The notes: generated by a model not told the origin, from the sequence alone. DNA of 64,000 nucleotides from Amoebidium appalachense (GCA_963693365.1 CAVNZM010000004.1:14196524-14260523), one strand, 5' to 3'. Shown: positions 1-14,858, counted from the stretch's first letter. Numbers and translations are program-made.

Positions 1-47
1 CACCCATCTGTGCTCTCTGCTTCTCCGTTTACCCACACAAAACAACA
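1..47 (+). mobile_element. 3' end of an LTR (family C), cut by window edge
   Basis: CACCCATCTGTGCTCTCTGCTTCTCCGTTTACCCACACAAAACAACA is the reverse complement of the start of the solo LTR at 58503 and of the fragment at 63285; ends in CA. Confidence 0.75.
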
Positions 48-355
48 CCGCCCCCACTCTCCCGCCCCTCCTTTCCCTTCCCAACCAGTCACATACATGT
101 ACCAGTAGATAACCCCATCACGTCCAAAAACACTAGTGGATATATATTGTCAAAAATCCCGCCGCTTTATTCACAATGTCAAAATTCTTCCTCCCTGAAG
201 TTCTCTGTTGAGTCCAGCCCAACAACTACGAACGACTGCAATCTTAAAATACTGCAAACACTGCTGCGGGCAAAAAAAAAAAAAAAAAAAAACTGCATCA
301 TTAATGATTATCTTTTTCCGGAATGAACACGAGCAAACTGCCTTACTACAGTAAG

Positions 356-468
356 TGGGGTTTACACACTTTTTATTGCGTGGACACTGCCGGAGGCCCA
401 GCCACATTTGACGGCCTAATGCGTTTTCCAGCGCAGCCAATCAAATGCAGCCAGTGACATATGTACAT
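356..468. repeat. ~110-bp dispersed direct repeat, copy 1 (copy 2 at 3644-3754)
   Basis: Near-identical GGGGTTTACACACTTT...GCAGCCAGTGACATATGTACAT at both positions. Confidence 0.85.
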
Positions 469-1525
469 GCCAGGCAACAATGAGCGCCATCGTAGTGTTG
501 GAGTACACTGGTACTCCCGGCTAGCAATGTCTGTTAGAGAAAGTTTCTGAGCAATTGAATAATTGTTTTTCAACACTCACTCGAGTGCATAGAGCTTTTG
601 TTTACGGTCATATTCATATATGGTAGTTATATGTTTGAGCCAAAACTGTACCAATGACGAGCTTCACTAGCAACGTGCTAATTGTGCTCATTAATTAATA
701 TTCCCGGTTCAGATGATGTCATGTCTATATTTGCCACAGGATTCTATTCTTAGAGTGGTAGTGTGCTTTATTCCCGGATATTCTCGGAATATTTTTAGTT
801 GTGTGAAGTAAGATTTACGTTTAACTGCAATTGGTGTGTTAAACACGTTTATTTGTGTGCTTTAGTGCAAGTTAACTAGCCACTCAACGTGCACAGTTAA
901 CTTTTATATCTTTAACGACTTGTTTTCATTGTGCTCTCTTTTCGGCCATGCTGTACATGGCCCACCACCAGGGTGCACACGAGGCCACCATGAGGTGGCC
1001 AACGACTATATAAAGCAGTGCCTCCCATGTCACAAACATGGGAAGCAGAACGTTTGATTTACACTTTTCTACTGTCGTTTTCAGTGCACAAAACACATAG
1101 ACTAGTTACCGGGCCATCATACACGACACTATGTCTGACAACTTACAGTTGCAGCAACTAGTCCAACAACTGGAGCAGAGGTTGGCCTCACAAGATGCAA
1201 TCATTTCTGACTTACAGAAGGAACAACGTGCACTAGAACTAGCTTCTATGAACACAATGTCCAACACGTAGTATGTATATGGCGCTCATTTACTCGAGGC
1301 AAAGAGAAACCAGTCTCAGGTATGGGGGGGTTTTCGCTCGGAATATCCCCTCAGCGGTATATCATGATCACGTACATAGATGTCGGGTGACGACTATATA
1401 TCAGGGTTTACTTTCTCTATGTGACACCATAAAGACTACAAAGAGAAATCAATTAGTTGGGGTTCCCCGTCAGAATCTTTTTTTTTTAATTTTTTAATTT
1501 TTTAATTTTTTTAAGGGGCTCCCCT

Positions 1526-2212
1526 TGTTGTAATACGTAGTATTTACATATTGTAAGATCTTCTCAGTTCGTGTTATGTTTTGATTCATTTACTTAGTGT
1601 AAAAGATGTGCTCCTTGTACGTAAATTATGACATCGATCTCCAGCGTGTTTGAGTACTTGTAGTCGTGTTGTGTCGGCTATATTCGTGTGTTTAGATATG
1701 GATTACAGCAACTGATTATAGGTACACGAGTCTACCCAGTGAGGGAGAAACATCATACGGTACATATTTATGTGTACATGAATATCTTCGGTTACAACTG
1801 TGTTTTCATGTTCGTGTTTCCTGTCCTGCTTTCTTTTCTTTTTCCTCATTCTTCTTCTTTCTTTTCTCTTTCTTTCTTCTCTTGTTTCCTTTCACATAAT
1901 TATATTTCTTTCTCACTAATATACATTGAGTAGATTTATATTACTCGTTACGTTTTGATTGGTAGAAAAACACTTAGGTTACACTTTAGCTTGTCATGTA
2001 TGATTCATAGCTTAGTCAACCACTTTTGTTTTGTGTGTTGCCGTACTATTTCCAATCAGTGGACTTAGTCAGAAAATGTCTGAGTCTTTGTAGCCGATGA
2101 TAGGTTAGAAACCTCACATCTTTCCTCGTTACTTTTCACCTCATTTCTTTCTTATAGCTGTGACCTATGGTGTGCGTTCCTGTCTCCGGATCTATCCGGG
2201 AAATAATCAGTT
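1526..2212 (+). mobile_element. 3'-truncated LTR (family A)
   Basis: Starts TGTTGTAATACGTAGTATTTACATA and is collinear with the first ~680 bp of the complete solo LTR at 23297-24219. Confidence 0.85.
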
Positions 2213-2262
2213 TCCTTTCCTTTTCTTCCTTTCTTTTTCTTCTATTCTTCTATTCTTTTCTT

Positions 2263-2264
<2 letters not shown>

Positions 2265-2306
<42 letters not shown>

Positions 2307-2378
2307 TCGTCCCGGCTGAGCGAAAGTCCCATGGGGTATGGTAGCCAGCCGAGGACGCCTAGGTGCACCCTAGGCTAG
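2265..2378 (-). mobile_element. Short poly(A)-tailed retroposed fragment (3' end of a LINE/SINE-like element)
   Basis: ~40-nt T run followed by a sequence that on the minus strand forms a stem-loop (GTCCTCGGCTG...CAGCCGGGAC) directly before the poly(A). Confidence 0.4.
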
Positions 2379-2379
2379 A

Positions 2380-2486
2380 GAGAGGGGGAGAGCACAAAGA
2401 AGGAGAGCAGACACGAATACAAACAAAGCTAAGACACATACATACTTCAAGACTCTTGCTGTCCTACGTAGTGACGTATTCCAACA
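2380..2486 (-). mobile_element. 5' fragment of LTR family B
   Basis: Reverse complement of the TGTTGGAATACGTCAC...GTGCTCT start of the LTR at 60488. Confidence 0.8.
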
Positions 2487-2620
2487 ATTATACGTGCTGA
2501 TGATACGGGGGTCGCATGCTGAGTCGCATGTCACGCGCCAGCGTACGGCCTACAATTTCCAGCCCTGCGCCAGCGCTGGCAGGTTGTGTGACGTCATCTC
2601 TATGACGTCAGTTGTGGGTC

Positions 2621-2720
2621 GGCCCGGGAACCAGTGTTTCGAGCCCGGGAACCACTGCTTCAAACTCGGGAACTGAGGTTTCGAGCCGGGAACCACGGTT
2701 CTGGCCCGGGAACTAGCCCC
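2621..2720. repeat. ~21-bp degenerate tandem repeat, about 5 copies
   Basis: Recurring (C)CCGGGAAC(C/T) core at ~21-bp period. Confidence 0.7.
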
Positions 2721-3643
2721 TGGATTCGACCCGTATTTGTTCCCGGGAACTGCATTCCAGCAGCTGGACGTATCAATCAATGAGGTGCTGCTGCCTGCGA
2801 TGTATGCTGGCCAGCGTAGATCGGGAATTCGGGATTATGTACTACTAGCCAATAGGAAGACAGTTATGGTTCCTGGCTCGCAGCACCTCAGTGATACCAT
2901 GTTCCCGCATTCCAGCTGCCGGATAAATAAAAATCTTCACTGGCACTGTATCAACTTGAGTCTCACAGGCTCTCGCTCCCGAACTCCGACTTTCCGAACT
3001 TTCAAAGCGTTGCAATCACATATGCCATACCAACAAACCACACAGTGAGCAAGTGATAAAGTAACAGAAAGAAACTCTTAGCCTACATGTTTTAACCGTA
3101 GAAAACCATATAACTGCCTTGGAAAAGTGTCGGTGTGTTGTTCCGGATCGAAGTTGCATACTTTCGGGGTTGCAGATCGTGTGGTGTGATTGGTGGGTAA
3201 ACTCTGTGCTTTGTAAATCTATCCTAAATCGATCTGATTCGACCGTGTGTGGATAGTCAGAGATATCTTCTCATGAGTGGCCTAACTTTTTAAAAAAGAA
3301 TTCCTCGTGAACAAAGCACTGTGCCATCAAAAAAGTTCATGATCATAATTCAATTGTCTTTTTTTCTGCAGCTCTAATTCGAACCCTTAAATAATAATGT
3401 GCATGTAAGACTCATTAGGACAAAGAATTTTAAGTATTATGTTGGATATCTTCCGTGTGTAACGTTTATAATGACTTTATTTGTTATATATTGAGAAGCT
3501 CATCAAACAGAAGAGAAGCATTCGAGATATCATTGATATCTCAGAGAAGAAAAGAATAAATCCAGTCAAAAGAAGAAAAAAAAAGAAAAGACAAAAAAGC
3601 CTCACTCTCGGATATGTATGCAGGCATGATAGGTGGGCCACTG

Positions 3644-3754
3644 GGGGTTTACACACTTTGTATTGCGTGGACACTGCCGGAGGCCCAGCCACATTCGACG
3701 GCCTACTGCGTTTTCCAGCGCAGCCAATCAAATGCAGCCAGTGACATATGTACA
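3644..3754. repeat. ~110-bp dispersed direct repeat, copy 2
   Basis: Matches 356-468; broken at its right end by a (TTTTTA)n tail. Confidence 0.85.
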
Positions 3755-4700
3755 TTTTTTTTATTTTTTTATTTTTATCACGTTTTGTTCCCGGAGGGCC
3801 TTTTCAGGCCCTCTAGGGAAACTACCGTCTACCACACAGCACCGACAGTACACTAGTTAAGGTGCTATCTATGAGTTCAGCTAAGCTTAACCATCCTTCA
3901 CAACCTAACTATAAGTACACACTTTGCCCAGGGCTACTACCCCAGCCACGCCGGCAGTAGGCTCCAGTCCTCCCCTCCATTCAAAACCTAGCAATAAACG
4001 TTAACCGAGGGCTCTCATTGGTCGATCTACAGTATTGGGAAGTCCTAGGTGTTGTGTATAATATTTACGGTGGGTATGGGTGGATGATGGAGTGTGCCAG
4101 TGGTGGTGGTGGTGGGGGGTTGCTGCCTAACATTATGTGTTGTTGTACGTATGTTGTGGCGATGTTTTTGTGGAATAAAAGGTGGGTTTTACAGGGCACA
4201 CCGGGTCTGTGTGTGTTCTGGCAGTCAGAACAGGCTGGCCGGGTGTGTTTGGGGGGTGTATTTGTTGGTGTTTTGGGTTTTTGGGGAGCCATACTTTTCT
4301 TTCTACGGGTGGTGGGTATATGGTGGTGTTTTTGCATTTTGGGGTGGGTGGGGGGGAGTGTTGTGTTCCGTGGGTGCCAAATTTTGAAAAGAAAAAGGAT
4401 TGCAACTCTACTGTGATTTTTCCTAAGATGGCCCGGGTGGTGGTCTTGGTGGCGCCGGTGGCTGCAAGTAGTGGGCCCACCGATCGTGGGCAGAATCCCC
4501 GTTCGATCCACTTGATGTCTTCGGGGTCAGGTGGGTCACCGTTGGTATGGTAAACACGCTCTTTCTTTTTCCTTTGCAATGCTTTCTTTCTTTTCCATAG
4601 TAATCACTGTTTGCATAGTCATTTATGCGTGCCCGCGTACGCGCCGCGCACGATAGCATGTCCACTTGCAATTGTCACAGAAGGATCCCCATGATCCTCA
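3755..4700 (-). mobile_element. Degenerate 5'-truncated non-LTR retrotransposon
   Basis: (TTTTTA)n tail; adjacent 3'UTR resembles that of the insert at 24462; minus-strand translation has ...RAILGKITVELQSFF / FKIWHPRN, like the IWxxRN motif at the end of L1/Tx1-type ORF2. 5' boundary is approximate. Confidence 0.45.
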
Positions 4701-4994
4701 GGGGAGATGCCATTGCAGGGGTGGAATTAGCGGAGCAATTGGCGGTGGGGAGGGATAAGGGCCGTAGAGCAAAAGTGGTCACCGGCCCCCCAATCCTCCC
4801 GCACCCAACCATTCGGAAGCTGGGGGGGGGGCACCAATTACGTAATCGCACCAATCACCAGCAGCGGCTGAGCCACGGCCGCGGCCATCTTGAAATTTAA
4901 AAGGCGCAAGTTGGCCGTGGCCCGAGCAGCTCTGACGAGCTGACGGCGGTCCAGCTTTTGTGCACAGTAGTCACCGACCTCTGAACGAGGCGAA

Positions 4995-5029
<35 letters not shown>

Positions 5030-5067
5030 TGCAGTGTGTGTGCGCTTGCTATCCACGCATTGGCGTC

Positions 5068-6534
5068 ATGGCTGCGCGCGTGCTGAACGTCAACGTGGGC
5101 GTGCTGGGCCACGTAGACTGCGGCAAGACCTCCCTCTGTACCCGCCCCTCCCCGTCCCATCTCTTTCTCTTGTCTCTGCCTGTCTCTTGCACACACAATG
5201 TGCATCCAACCCTTCCCTTCCCCCCCCCCCCCCCCCCCCCTCCCCTTCCCCTCCCTTCTCCCTCCCCCTCTCTCTCCGCCGCCCTCCTCGCCCGGCCCCA
5301 TCCTTGCCCCCCTCCCCTTCGCCGTTCCTCCCGTTAGTGGGATCCCCCCCCCCCCCCCCCTCACCCACCCACCCACCACCACCACCACCACCACCACCAT
5401 CATTACTACAACAACCACCACTACCAGCAGCAGCAGCAGCAGCAGCAACACCCCTTGCCTTCTTTGTGCACCCCTAACACACCGTCACACAGCATCCCTC
5501 TTCTTTCCTTCTCCACTTTGTGCTTTCCTCTCGCCCCTCACCTGCCCCACACAGTCCAACTCACCTGGCTGCCTGCTATGGCCGACCTCACGCTCCTTCC
5601 CACATGTTACTTTTACTTTTTTCCCTCCTCTCCTTAACACACACACAGCTGCACGGCCACACACACACTGTGCTGGCACACAAGCACGCGCACCCTTCTC
5701 GGCCACCCTGTTATCGTACAATACATCTATGGCATGTTGTCATACTCTTTTCGGTCTGTCTGGGTTTTTACACAAGAGTTTTCTAGGGTGCATGTGAGAT
5801 CCGTGTGTTGGCAGCCAACCAAACAGTCTCTGTGGACACTTCCTACTCCCCCACCCCCCTCCCCCCTCTCACTCCTATCCCTCTACCGCCCTTGCTTCTG
5901 TTAACTTCCATCCTTGTTGCCGTCACTCAATCCCTTTTACCACCACCCCTTCTCCTCCTTCCGTATGCTACCATTCCCTTTTGTTGTTTTGTCACCGGTT
6001 TTTGCTTTTCTCACAAGCAAATTCTCTCCGCCCCCCTCCCCCCCCCCCCCCCCCCCCCCTCGGCATCTCTCTCTCGTTCTCTTGCTCTCTCTCTCTCTCT
6101 CCCCCCCCCTCCCCCCCCTCACCTCTCTCCCCCCCCCCCCCCCAGCACGTGCGCTCAGCACCGTTGCGTCGACTGCGTGCTTTGACAAGAACCCCCAGAG
6201 CCAGGCACGTGGCATCACCCTAGACCTGGGCTTTAGCTCCTTCCGCCAGCCACTGCCCGACCACATGAAAGGTAAAGGTGCTGGCCTGCATGTGCGTGTC
6301 TGTGCGTGTGGTTGTGTTGGGGGGGGGGGGGGGGGGGGGGGGAGGGGGGGGGGGGGGGCTAATTTTGGACTGTGTGGAAGGGGGGTCTTTATCTTTTTTT
6401 CTTTCTTGCTTTAGTTTTCTTTCTTTTTTTTTTTTTTTTTTTTGTGGGGGGGGGGGGAGGGGGGCGGGGAGGGGGAGGGGGAGGGAAGGATTGTGTGTGT
6501 GTGTGTGTGGTGGTGGTGGTGGCGGTGGTGGTGG

Positions 6535-6566
<32 letters not shown>

Positions 6567-6647
6567 TGATTGTACTTCTGGGTGCCCCCTTGGGTGTGAA
6601 GAGGATGGAGAGGTGGTGATGGTGCTCTTATTTTTTTTTTTTTTTTT

Positions 6648-6691
<44 letters not shown>

Positions 6692-7836
6692 AATGTGTTG
6701 TCATTATTTCCAGTCGCCTTTCACATGCCCTCCGTGTCTGTGATCTGACTCGTGCACTGTGCAGGTCTGCCGTACGATGAGCTGCAGTACACGCTTGTGG
6801 ACTGTCCGGGCCACGCCTCCCTCATCAAGACCATCATAGGCGGTAAGGGGGGGGGGGGGGGGGGGGGGGGGATGGGCAGGGGTTTGAGGGAGACGAGTGG
6901 CCGGGTTTTGGTTGGTTGGGTCAGGGAGTTCTTGACGTGGGTTGGTTGTGGTTGGTGTGCTTGTGGGGTCAAGTGTAAGGGCGTGTGTGCCATGTGCGTG
7001 CGTAGGTTTTGTGTGTGCGTGTGAGGGGGGGGGGGGGGGGGGGGGGGTTGTGTGTGAGGGGGGGGGGAGCGGGAGTGTGTGGATGTGGGTGTGTGCACGT
7101 GTGCGTGTCTGTGTCTGTGTCTGTGTCTGTGTCTGTGTCTGTGTCTGTGTCTGTGTGTGCGCCTGTGCATGTGTGTGCCCTTGGCTTGACACGGTCCAAC
7201 TATGCGCCTGTTTTCCAACCCTGACCATAACCCCGCAGGTGCGCAGATCATCGACCTGATGATGCTGGTCATTGACGTCACAAAGGGCATGCAGACTCAG
7301 ACCGCTGAGGTGGGTGGCCCCCTAGTTTATCACGTGTGCACTGGCTGCATGGTGCTTGGTGGGGTGATGTGGGGTAAAAGAAGAATCTGGAAGGACATGT
7401 GGTGCATGGGTCACATGACTAACAGCCAATGGCAGTGCCTGGTGATAGGGGAGATCACGTGCAGCAAAATGGTGGTGGTATTGAACAAGACAGACATGCT
7501 GGATGCAGCTGTGAGGGAGGAAAAGGTCGAGAAGGTATGTACCCATATATGGAAGGTGGGGGAGGGGGGTCTATTATGGCTTAGAAATTCAGGATGGGGC
7601 CATGTGCATGTGTTGTAAGTGTGGTTGTGCCCTATTGGCTTGCACCAACCACCTATCCCCCAGATGCGTCTGCGCATGGCCAAGACGCTCTCCCAGACAT
7701 GCTTCAAGCATGCGCCAATCGTGGCTGTGGCGGCTGTGCCCGGGGCACAGGAGGGGGGGCAGCCCGTGGGCCTGGACGAGTTGATCAAGGTGGTGGTGGC
7801 GGTGGTGGTGGTGGTGGTGGTGGTGGTGGTGGTGGT

Positions 7837-7875
<39 letters not shown>

Positions 7876-8499
7876 CTGTGCTAGGGGGGATGTGTGCGTG
7901 CGTGTGTGGGGTGGTGGCAGTGGTGGTGTGTTTATGGCGGGGTTGGGGGGAGGGGAGAAATAGTGTCGGGTTCGCGGGCACATCGGCTGGATGCGGGATG
8001 ATTGGCAGCTCCTTTTTTTTTTTTGTCTGGGTGGGTTTGGGCGGGTGTGGGTGTTGGGTGGTTGTGAGGGTGTGGGTGCTTTTTTTTTTTTGTTGGGGAG
8101 GGGGAGGGGGGGGGGTTGAGTTTTTCAGTTAGAGCGGGGGTTGGAGGGTTGGGACATAGGAAGGACTGCATCCGCCCGTCTCCCTTTACAGCCTTACCAC
8201 TTACCACCCCTTCGTTGTGTTCACTTCCTTGAATAACCTTCCAAAACACACGCGCGCACACACACAAGCATGCACACATACAAAAGTGTGGGGTCCATGA
8301 CCACTTTCCTCTTCTTCTTAGTGTTTCCCTATCACCTCACATTGGCCGATTTTTGATACTGATTCATTCACATACACACACGTACACCTACACACACACA
8401 TAACACAAACAGGGACATACATGCCCATGCCCGAGAACACACACGTACATTGCAACACTCTGCATGCACACACACACACACACACATACACACAAACAC

Positions 8500-8545
<46 letters not shown>

Positions 8546-9761
8546 CTGCCTGGCCAGACAGACCCTCCTGCAGCACACCACCAAGCCACAGCGCACCCCC
8601 ATTGGGCCCTTTCTGTTTGCCATCGACCACTGCTTTGCCATCAAGGGCCAGGGCACCGTCATGACAGGTCCGTGCCCGTGCACACACAGGCACAGATGCA
8701 GGCACGGGGACAGCACGTGTTGACATGCACACGCACGTGTGAGTGCACATAGGCACTTGGGGCCAGGGCATGAGTGCAGGAGATTTCGGCCAGGGTCGTT
8801 GCCAGTTGGGCACATGTGGGTGGTTGGCTGCGAGCACTGGCACTGCAGCTGATACCAGTGCTCACTGCCAGGCAAGGCCAGTGCTCCTTCGTGGCCGTCA
8901 GCACTGCTGCTGGCACCAGTCCTTTTCTTTTTTCTTCTCTTTCGGAGAACTAAAACTATTTTCAGTGCTCTTTTGTAGTTATTAGCACTGCCACTAATGC
9001 CAGTGCTCTTTAGTGGTTACTAGCATCACCGCTAATGCCAGTGCTCTTTTGTAATTATTAGCACCAGTTAGTTATTAGCACCACCGCTAATGCCAGTGCT
9101 CTTTTGTAGTTTTTAGCACCACCGCTAATGCCACTGCTCTTTTATAGTTTTTAGCACCACCGCTAATGCCAGTGCCTACTTTCAGGCACAGTGCTCAGCG
9201 GCACAGCCAGTGTTAACGACACCATCGAGCTGCCTGCCCTCAGGGTCTGTTAGGGCCCCTCTCCTCTCTCTGCCTACTCCGCCTTAACCCTTTAACCATC
9301 CCCTTCCTCATCCCCCTCCGTCCTTACGCCTGTCCCCCACCCCCCCCCCCACCCCCCCCTAGGATGGGATCTGCTTATTATGCATACGCTTTGTGTGGTT
9401 TGCACTCTACATCGTGTTGTCCGATGTTATGTGTACTTCTTACTTTATGACACATTCAACCCCCCCCCCCCCCCCTCCCCCCCCCCCCCCCCCCAACTGC
9501 TTTCACCTGTGAACTCGGCTTGATAAATAAGGCTGCATGTCTCTGGCCAAAACTGGGAGACCACCCATTTTGGAGTGAGGCCGTATCTCTGCTAGTTTTG
9601 CAGGCCATGTGAATGAGCCGAAACTAGGGCACTGTGCATGATCGGGACCTCACCGGGGATTGGGCTCTATATGTGATTCATATCCTTGGTGTGCCGTTTT
9701 TTTCGGCAAAGTTTGCATGGTTGAGCCCGTCGTGAACGTGTACTTCGCGCTCTCTAACACA

Positions 9762-9851
<90 letters not shown>

Positions 9852-10696
9852 ACACACACAGCCTTGGCAGCTCATGGTGGTCTGTGCTTTTCCCTTTCCC
9901 ACATGCAGTTGAACTTGCACATACTCTTCCCGCGGCCACCCTACTGATCCTTCCCCCCTCCCAGGTGACACGCAAGATCAAGAGCATGCAGATGTTCCAC
10001 CAGCCCATCACCACTATCACACAGGTCCCTCTCCCCACCCCCCTGCCCCCAACTTTGCCCCCTCACAGCCACCATGTGTGTGCTGAAGTGTTGAAGTGGT
10101 GGTTGCTGTGCGGCCCAGCCCACACACAGGTCAGCTGTGGCCTGTGCAGCACGTGCCCGGCCAGCCTCAACACATGCACTTAAAAGCAGAGCGGTTGTGC
10201 ATGCTTTTGAGGGGTGAGAGTGTCCTTGTGTGTTTCTTTTTTCTTTTCTTTTTTTTTTTTTTTTTTTTCCCTCCTTTTGTATGTGTGTGTGTGAATTGGG
10301 GGGGGGGGGGGGGGGGGGGAGGGGAGGGGGGGGGAGGGGAGGGGGGGGGGGGGGGGGGGGGGAGGGGGGGGGGGGGGGGAGGGGGGGGGGGGGGGGGGAC
10401 GGCGGTATGACGAAGCTCGAGGTAGGAAAGCAGCGGTGGTGAAGAGAGACGAGGGGGGGGGGAGAAGGGGGGGGGGGGGGGGGGGACCGTTGTGGTGCTA
10501 ACTGAAGGTTTCAGGGGGATCGGGCCGGGGTGTGTGTGACCCAGTTCGACTCAAAACTATTGGAGAGGGGCCTGGCATGCACACAGGTAGGGGTGGGGTG
10601 AGCATGTGGGTTTTTTTTTTTTTTTTTTTTGGGGGGGGGGGGGGGGGTTGGGTGGGGGGGGGGGGGGGGGGGGTTCAATGTTGGAGGTGCGTATGC

Positions 10697-10744
<48 letters not shown>

Positions 10745-11679
10745 ATGTGTGTAATGTGCCTGTTCTCGTGTATTCTAGCCTGGTCAGTGTGTGTTCGATT
10801 CGGAAGGAGCGAGGTTTGTGTCAGTGTGATATTATTCGTATCAACACCCATGCTGTATTTGTGTCAGTGTGATATTATTCGTATCAACACACATGCTGTG
10901 TTGGTGTCAGCGTGATATTATTCGTATCAACACACATTTTGTATTGCTGGCTGATCTCTCAGCCACCGAGTGAATGCCCCGGTTACTGAGCGTACAACCC
11001 ATGCATATCTGTCACATGTGTCAAATTCGCTTGTGTATGCCATCGTGCACTTGGGCAAAAACATCGTATGATCTCTGATCTGGGCCTAGCCACGGACAGT
11101 CAGATTTCTGGCCCTGTAGTCCCACCAACCCTAGCCATTTCTTGTGCGCTAAGTAACTAAAATATCGATGAGCACCTCTTTCCACCCATGTCGTTGTCAG
11201 CTGTGGAATGTAGATTAAACCCCCCCCCCCCACCACCACACAGACACACACACAGACCAAGACCTCCACACAAACCTTTCCACCGCAATTTCATCCCCTT
11301 GGTCTATTGCCCAATAGCCTGCTGTTCTCCCCCACCCCCATTTTTTCCACAACCATGAAATTTCACACATGGACCCCCCCCCCCCCCCAGGGCCACGTTC
11401 TGACTCTGCATGCGGCCATCTGCAATGTCAACCGTATCCGCTTCTTCAAGCAGACCATTAAGTCCGGCGCAAAATTCCATGGTGCCCCCCCCCCCCCCGG
11501 GCGCTCTAAATGTGTCCTCTACCCTATAGCCATCCACTTACACCACCTTTCTGTATCGTCTCAGCCTTTGGCCCTTGGCCTCTCCTATGCTCTTCTGTCT
11601 TGTGTTCTCTTATCCTCCGAGTACTCTGTCCCTCAATGGGCCTGTTTGTGTGGGTGTGGGTGTGTGTGTGTGTGTGGGT

Positions 11680-11724
<45 letters not shown>

Positions 11725-11942
11725 GTTTGTGTGTGTGTGTGTGTGTGTGTTGTGTGTGTGTGTGTGTGTGCGCGCGCGCGTGCCCGCTGTGTGTGTGAGC
11801 GTGTGTGTGCATGGATTTGGATGGAAAATTGGGTTGGTCGGCAGGGAAGGGGTGGGTGTGTTGGGTGTTTGTACTGTGAAGTCTGTTTTTTTTTTTTTTT
11901 TTGTTTTTTTTGTTTTTTTTTGGTGGTGGTGGTGGTGGTGGT

Positions 11943-12013
<71 letters not shown>

Positions 12014-12023
12014 GGGGGGGGGG

Positions 12024-12054
<31 letters not shown>

Positions 12055-12310
12055 AGGGGAGGGGGAGGGGGGGGGGGGGGATGCTTGTGCCTGCACAGCA
12101 ACCTTTGCTGACTTTTGGTGGGTTCCAGTGACGGTGGGGCACCAGACGGTCATGGCCGATGTGCATTTGTTCCGCAGCGTGGACGAGGCACTCGGTATGG
12201 AGTACATGTAGTGTGCACACACACACGGACAGTGACAGAGGAGGGAGGGGGGGGGGGGGGGGAGGGGGCTCCCCCTCTCTCACACACACGTGTACAACGC
12301 ACACAAAAGT

Positions 12311-12353
<43 letters not shown>

Positions 12354-13002
12354 TCACTCACTCACTCACTCACTCACTCACTCACTCACTCACTCACTCA
12401 CTCACGCACGTGCTAAGCACGTCCATACATTGCAAAAGGCTTCACAGCACCATATAGTTATTTTAGTTGCGCCGCACCCATTTGCGACTATTTGTGGTTC
12501 AGAGGTGACTGCCTGGTGTGTGTGTGTGTGTATATAGGGGGGGGGGGGGGATGAACTTGCACAGTGTGGGGGAGTGCAAAAAACTGGCTCCGGCGGGGAG
12601 GTGGGCAAGCAGGGGTGCGTGTTTCGTGCGTGTGTGTTGGTTTGTGTGTGTGTATGTTTGGGGGGGGGGGGGGGGGGGGGGGGGGGTAAGGCGGGGCTTC
12701 CCTGCTGAATGAATGGGAGCCTCACCTTACAACCACACCTCCAAATTGCACAGACCCCCACACATTTGATGCCAGCCAGCAGTACGAACACATGGACCAG
12801 CTGGAGGCTACGGGGGAGGAGAGGCCTGTGGAGGGGGGTTTTTGGGCGCTGCTGATATTCGAGCGGCCCATGATGTACCCCCTTCAGAGTCTGCTGATTG
12901 CTTCAAGGCTCGACACAGATATCCGTACGTGCCCCCCCACCCCACCACCATCACGACCATGAGAAACGCACGTGCACACACATGCACGTGGGCGCCCGCG
13001 CG

Positions 13003-13078
<76 letters not shown>

Positions 13079-14815
13079 CACACACACATGTATGGATGGA
13101 CCTGCCTGCCATTCAATTTGTTGGCTGCACTGTTTCATTTTATTGTTTGCCCCAATGAGATTTCTGATCCCCCCCCCCCCCCCCCCCTCTCTCTCCTCTC
13201 CCCCCCCCCTCCCCCCTCCCTCCCGTGTGCCCACAGCACCACCCACCCATCACCATACACAGGCAGTTGGGTCGATTTGTGTCTTAGGGAAGAATGATTG
13301 GTCGATGGCTATGTGTATGTGATGATTGGTTGGTCACACGGGCTAAAAGGTGCTAGCTCCCCAAAGCAGGGGCCGGGGTGGGTGGGTGGGTGGGTGGGGG
13401 GGGGTCTAATAAATGATGGGCAACAAGGTCTTATGGCAATGTGAGTTAAAGATGCAGGGCCATGCTGACACTTCCATTGGCTGGGTGCAGATAGCAACGT
13501 GTGTAGGCTGGCCTTTTATGGAAATATATGCCTTCCGGTTGTGCAGCAGGACTTTAAGGAGGTGGGTGCTTAAAGACTCGGGACTGTTGCTTATCCATTG
13601 CATTCACACAAAGCTCTTGCATGCATCCACATGCACCACCTACGCGCACATCTACATGCATACAAACACACCCCATGCATCCAAGAAGATGTGGAAATAT
13701 GCGGTGACCCCAGCAGAAGATGGGGAAAGAGAGGGGAGGGGGAAGAAGAAGGGGGGGGGGGGGGGGGGGGGGGGGGGAGTATGAGCATGTGTGATGGTGC
13801 TTTTTTCCGCCTCAACTGTTCTTAGGTTGCTTTCTTTTCGTTTTCGTTGTGGTGGTAGGAGGTGCGTGCTGGTTTGTTTCTGTGGTTGGCTGGTGGCCTG
13901 TGGAATTGTGGCAACGATGGGAAGAAGATGTTAGCTTTAGGTTTCAAGGCAGATGTGTATGTAGGGCTGGATGAGGGTTGGTGATAGTGGCCGACTGAAC
14001 CATCCTGATGGATGCATTATGCCCTTTGAATGCATCCCACCCTCCTGTGCACATGCAAACGAACACACACACGCGCACACACACACACACTATACCCTCT
14101 CACACATGCAAGTAAACATGCACATGCACACACACACACACACTACACACCCGCACGCATGCAAATGAATATGCACATGCGCACACACACACACACACAC
14201 ACACACATATTCAGGAGTTTTTGCCCAAGCTAAAGGTGTTCAAACGAAAAAGCAAGGAAGGTGTTGTGGATAGGGTGAGTCCTCCCGGTGTTCAATTTCA
14301 CCTGCAACCCCCCCCTCCCCCCCCCTCCCTACTGGGCATCCCTCGTTCTTGCTTTAATCTGGTAGCAAGCATATGTCTTTTATGGAGCTGTGTGTACGTT
14401 CATATGTTTATGTGCCCTTGTTTGCAAATGTAGCTGTGTGTATGCATGCATGTCTGTGTATGTGTTTATGTGTTTGTTAAATGTATAGGGAGGCTTAACC
14501 GGACCTCAGTTAACCCCCATTGCATGTGTGTTTATCATGTGACACCTGGTGCCTCCCTACAGCCCACCCACTAGGACAGTTTCTACCCCTAACTAATTAC
14601 TGTCAGCAAAACCTCTCCGCCTCACCTCCCACCTCCCACATCCATACAACCACCCACGCACATCTGCCCCTTTCTCCTCGTAGTCTGTGCTCAAAGGTGC
14701 ACGAGCATTTTCTGCAAAATTACATTCGGCAGAATTCTTGCTACTGGATCCAAGGGGGAAAGGGGAAAGGGAGGTGGTGTGTGTGTGTGTGTGTGTGATG
14801 GTGGTGTGTGTGTGT

Positions 14816-14858
<43 letters not shown>

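Noticed and set aside
2305-2360. CTGAGCGAAA as a hammerhead ribozyme core
   Set aside because: Lacks the CTGANGA...GAAA arrangement with three stems; better read as a 3' stem-loop before a poly(A) tail.
4838-4889. Possible first exon of a gene divergent from eEFSec (MAAAVAQPLLVIGAIT then GT)
   Set aside because: No downstream exons or recognisable domain found; too short to support.
8860-9175. Regularly spaced repeats (also 2621-2720 and 10818-10940) as CRISPR-like arrays
   Set aside because: Head-to-tail minisatellites without unique spacers, in eukaryotic intronic or intergenic DNA, with no cas genes.
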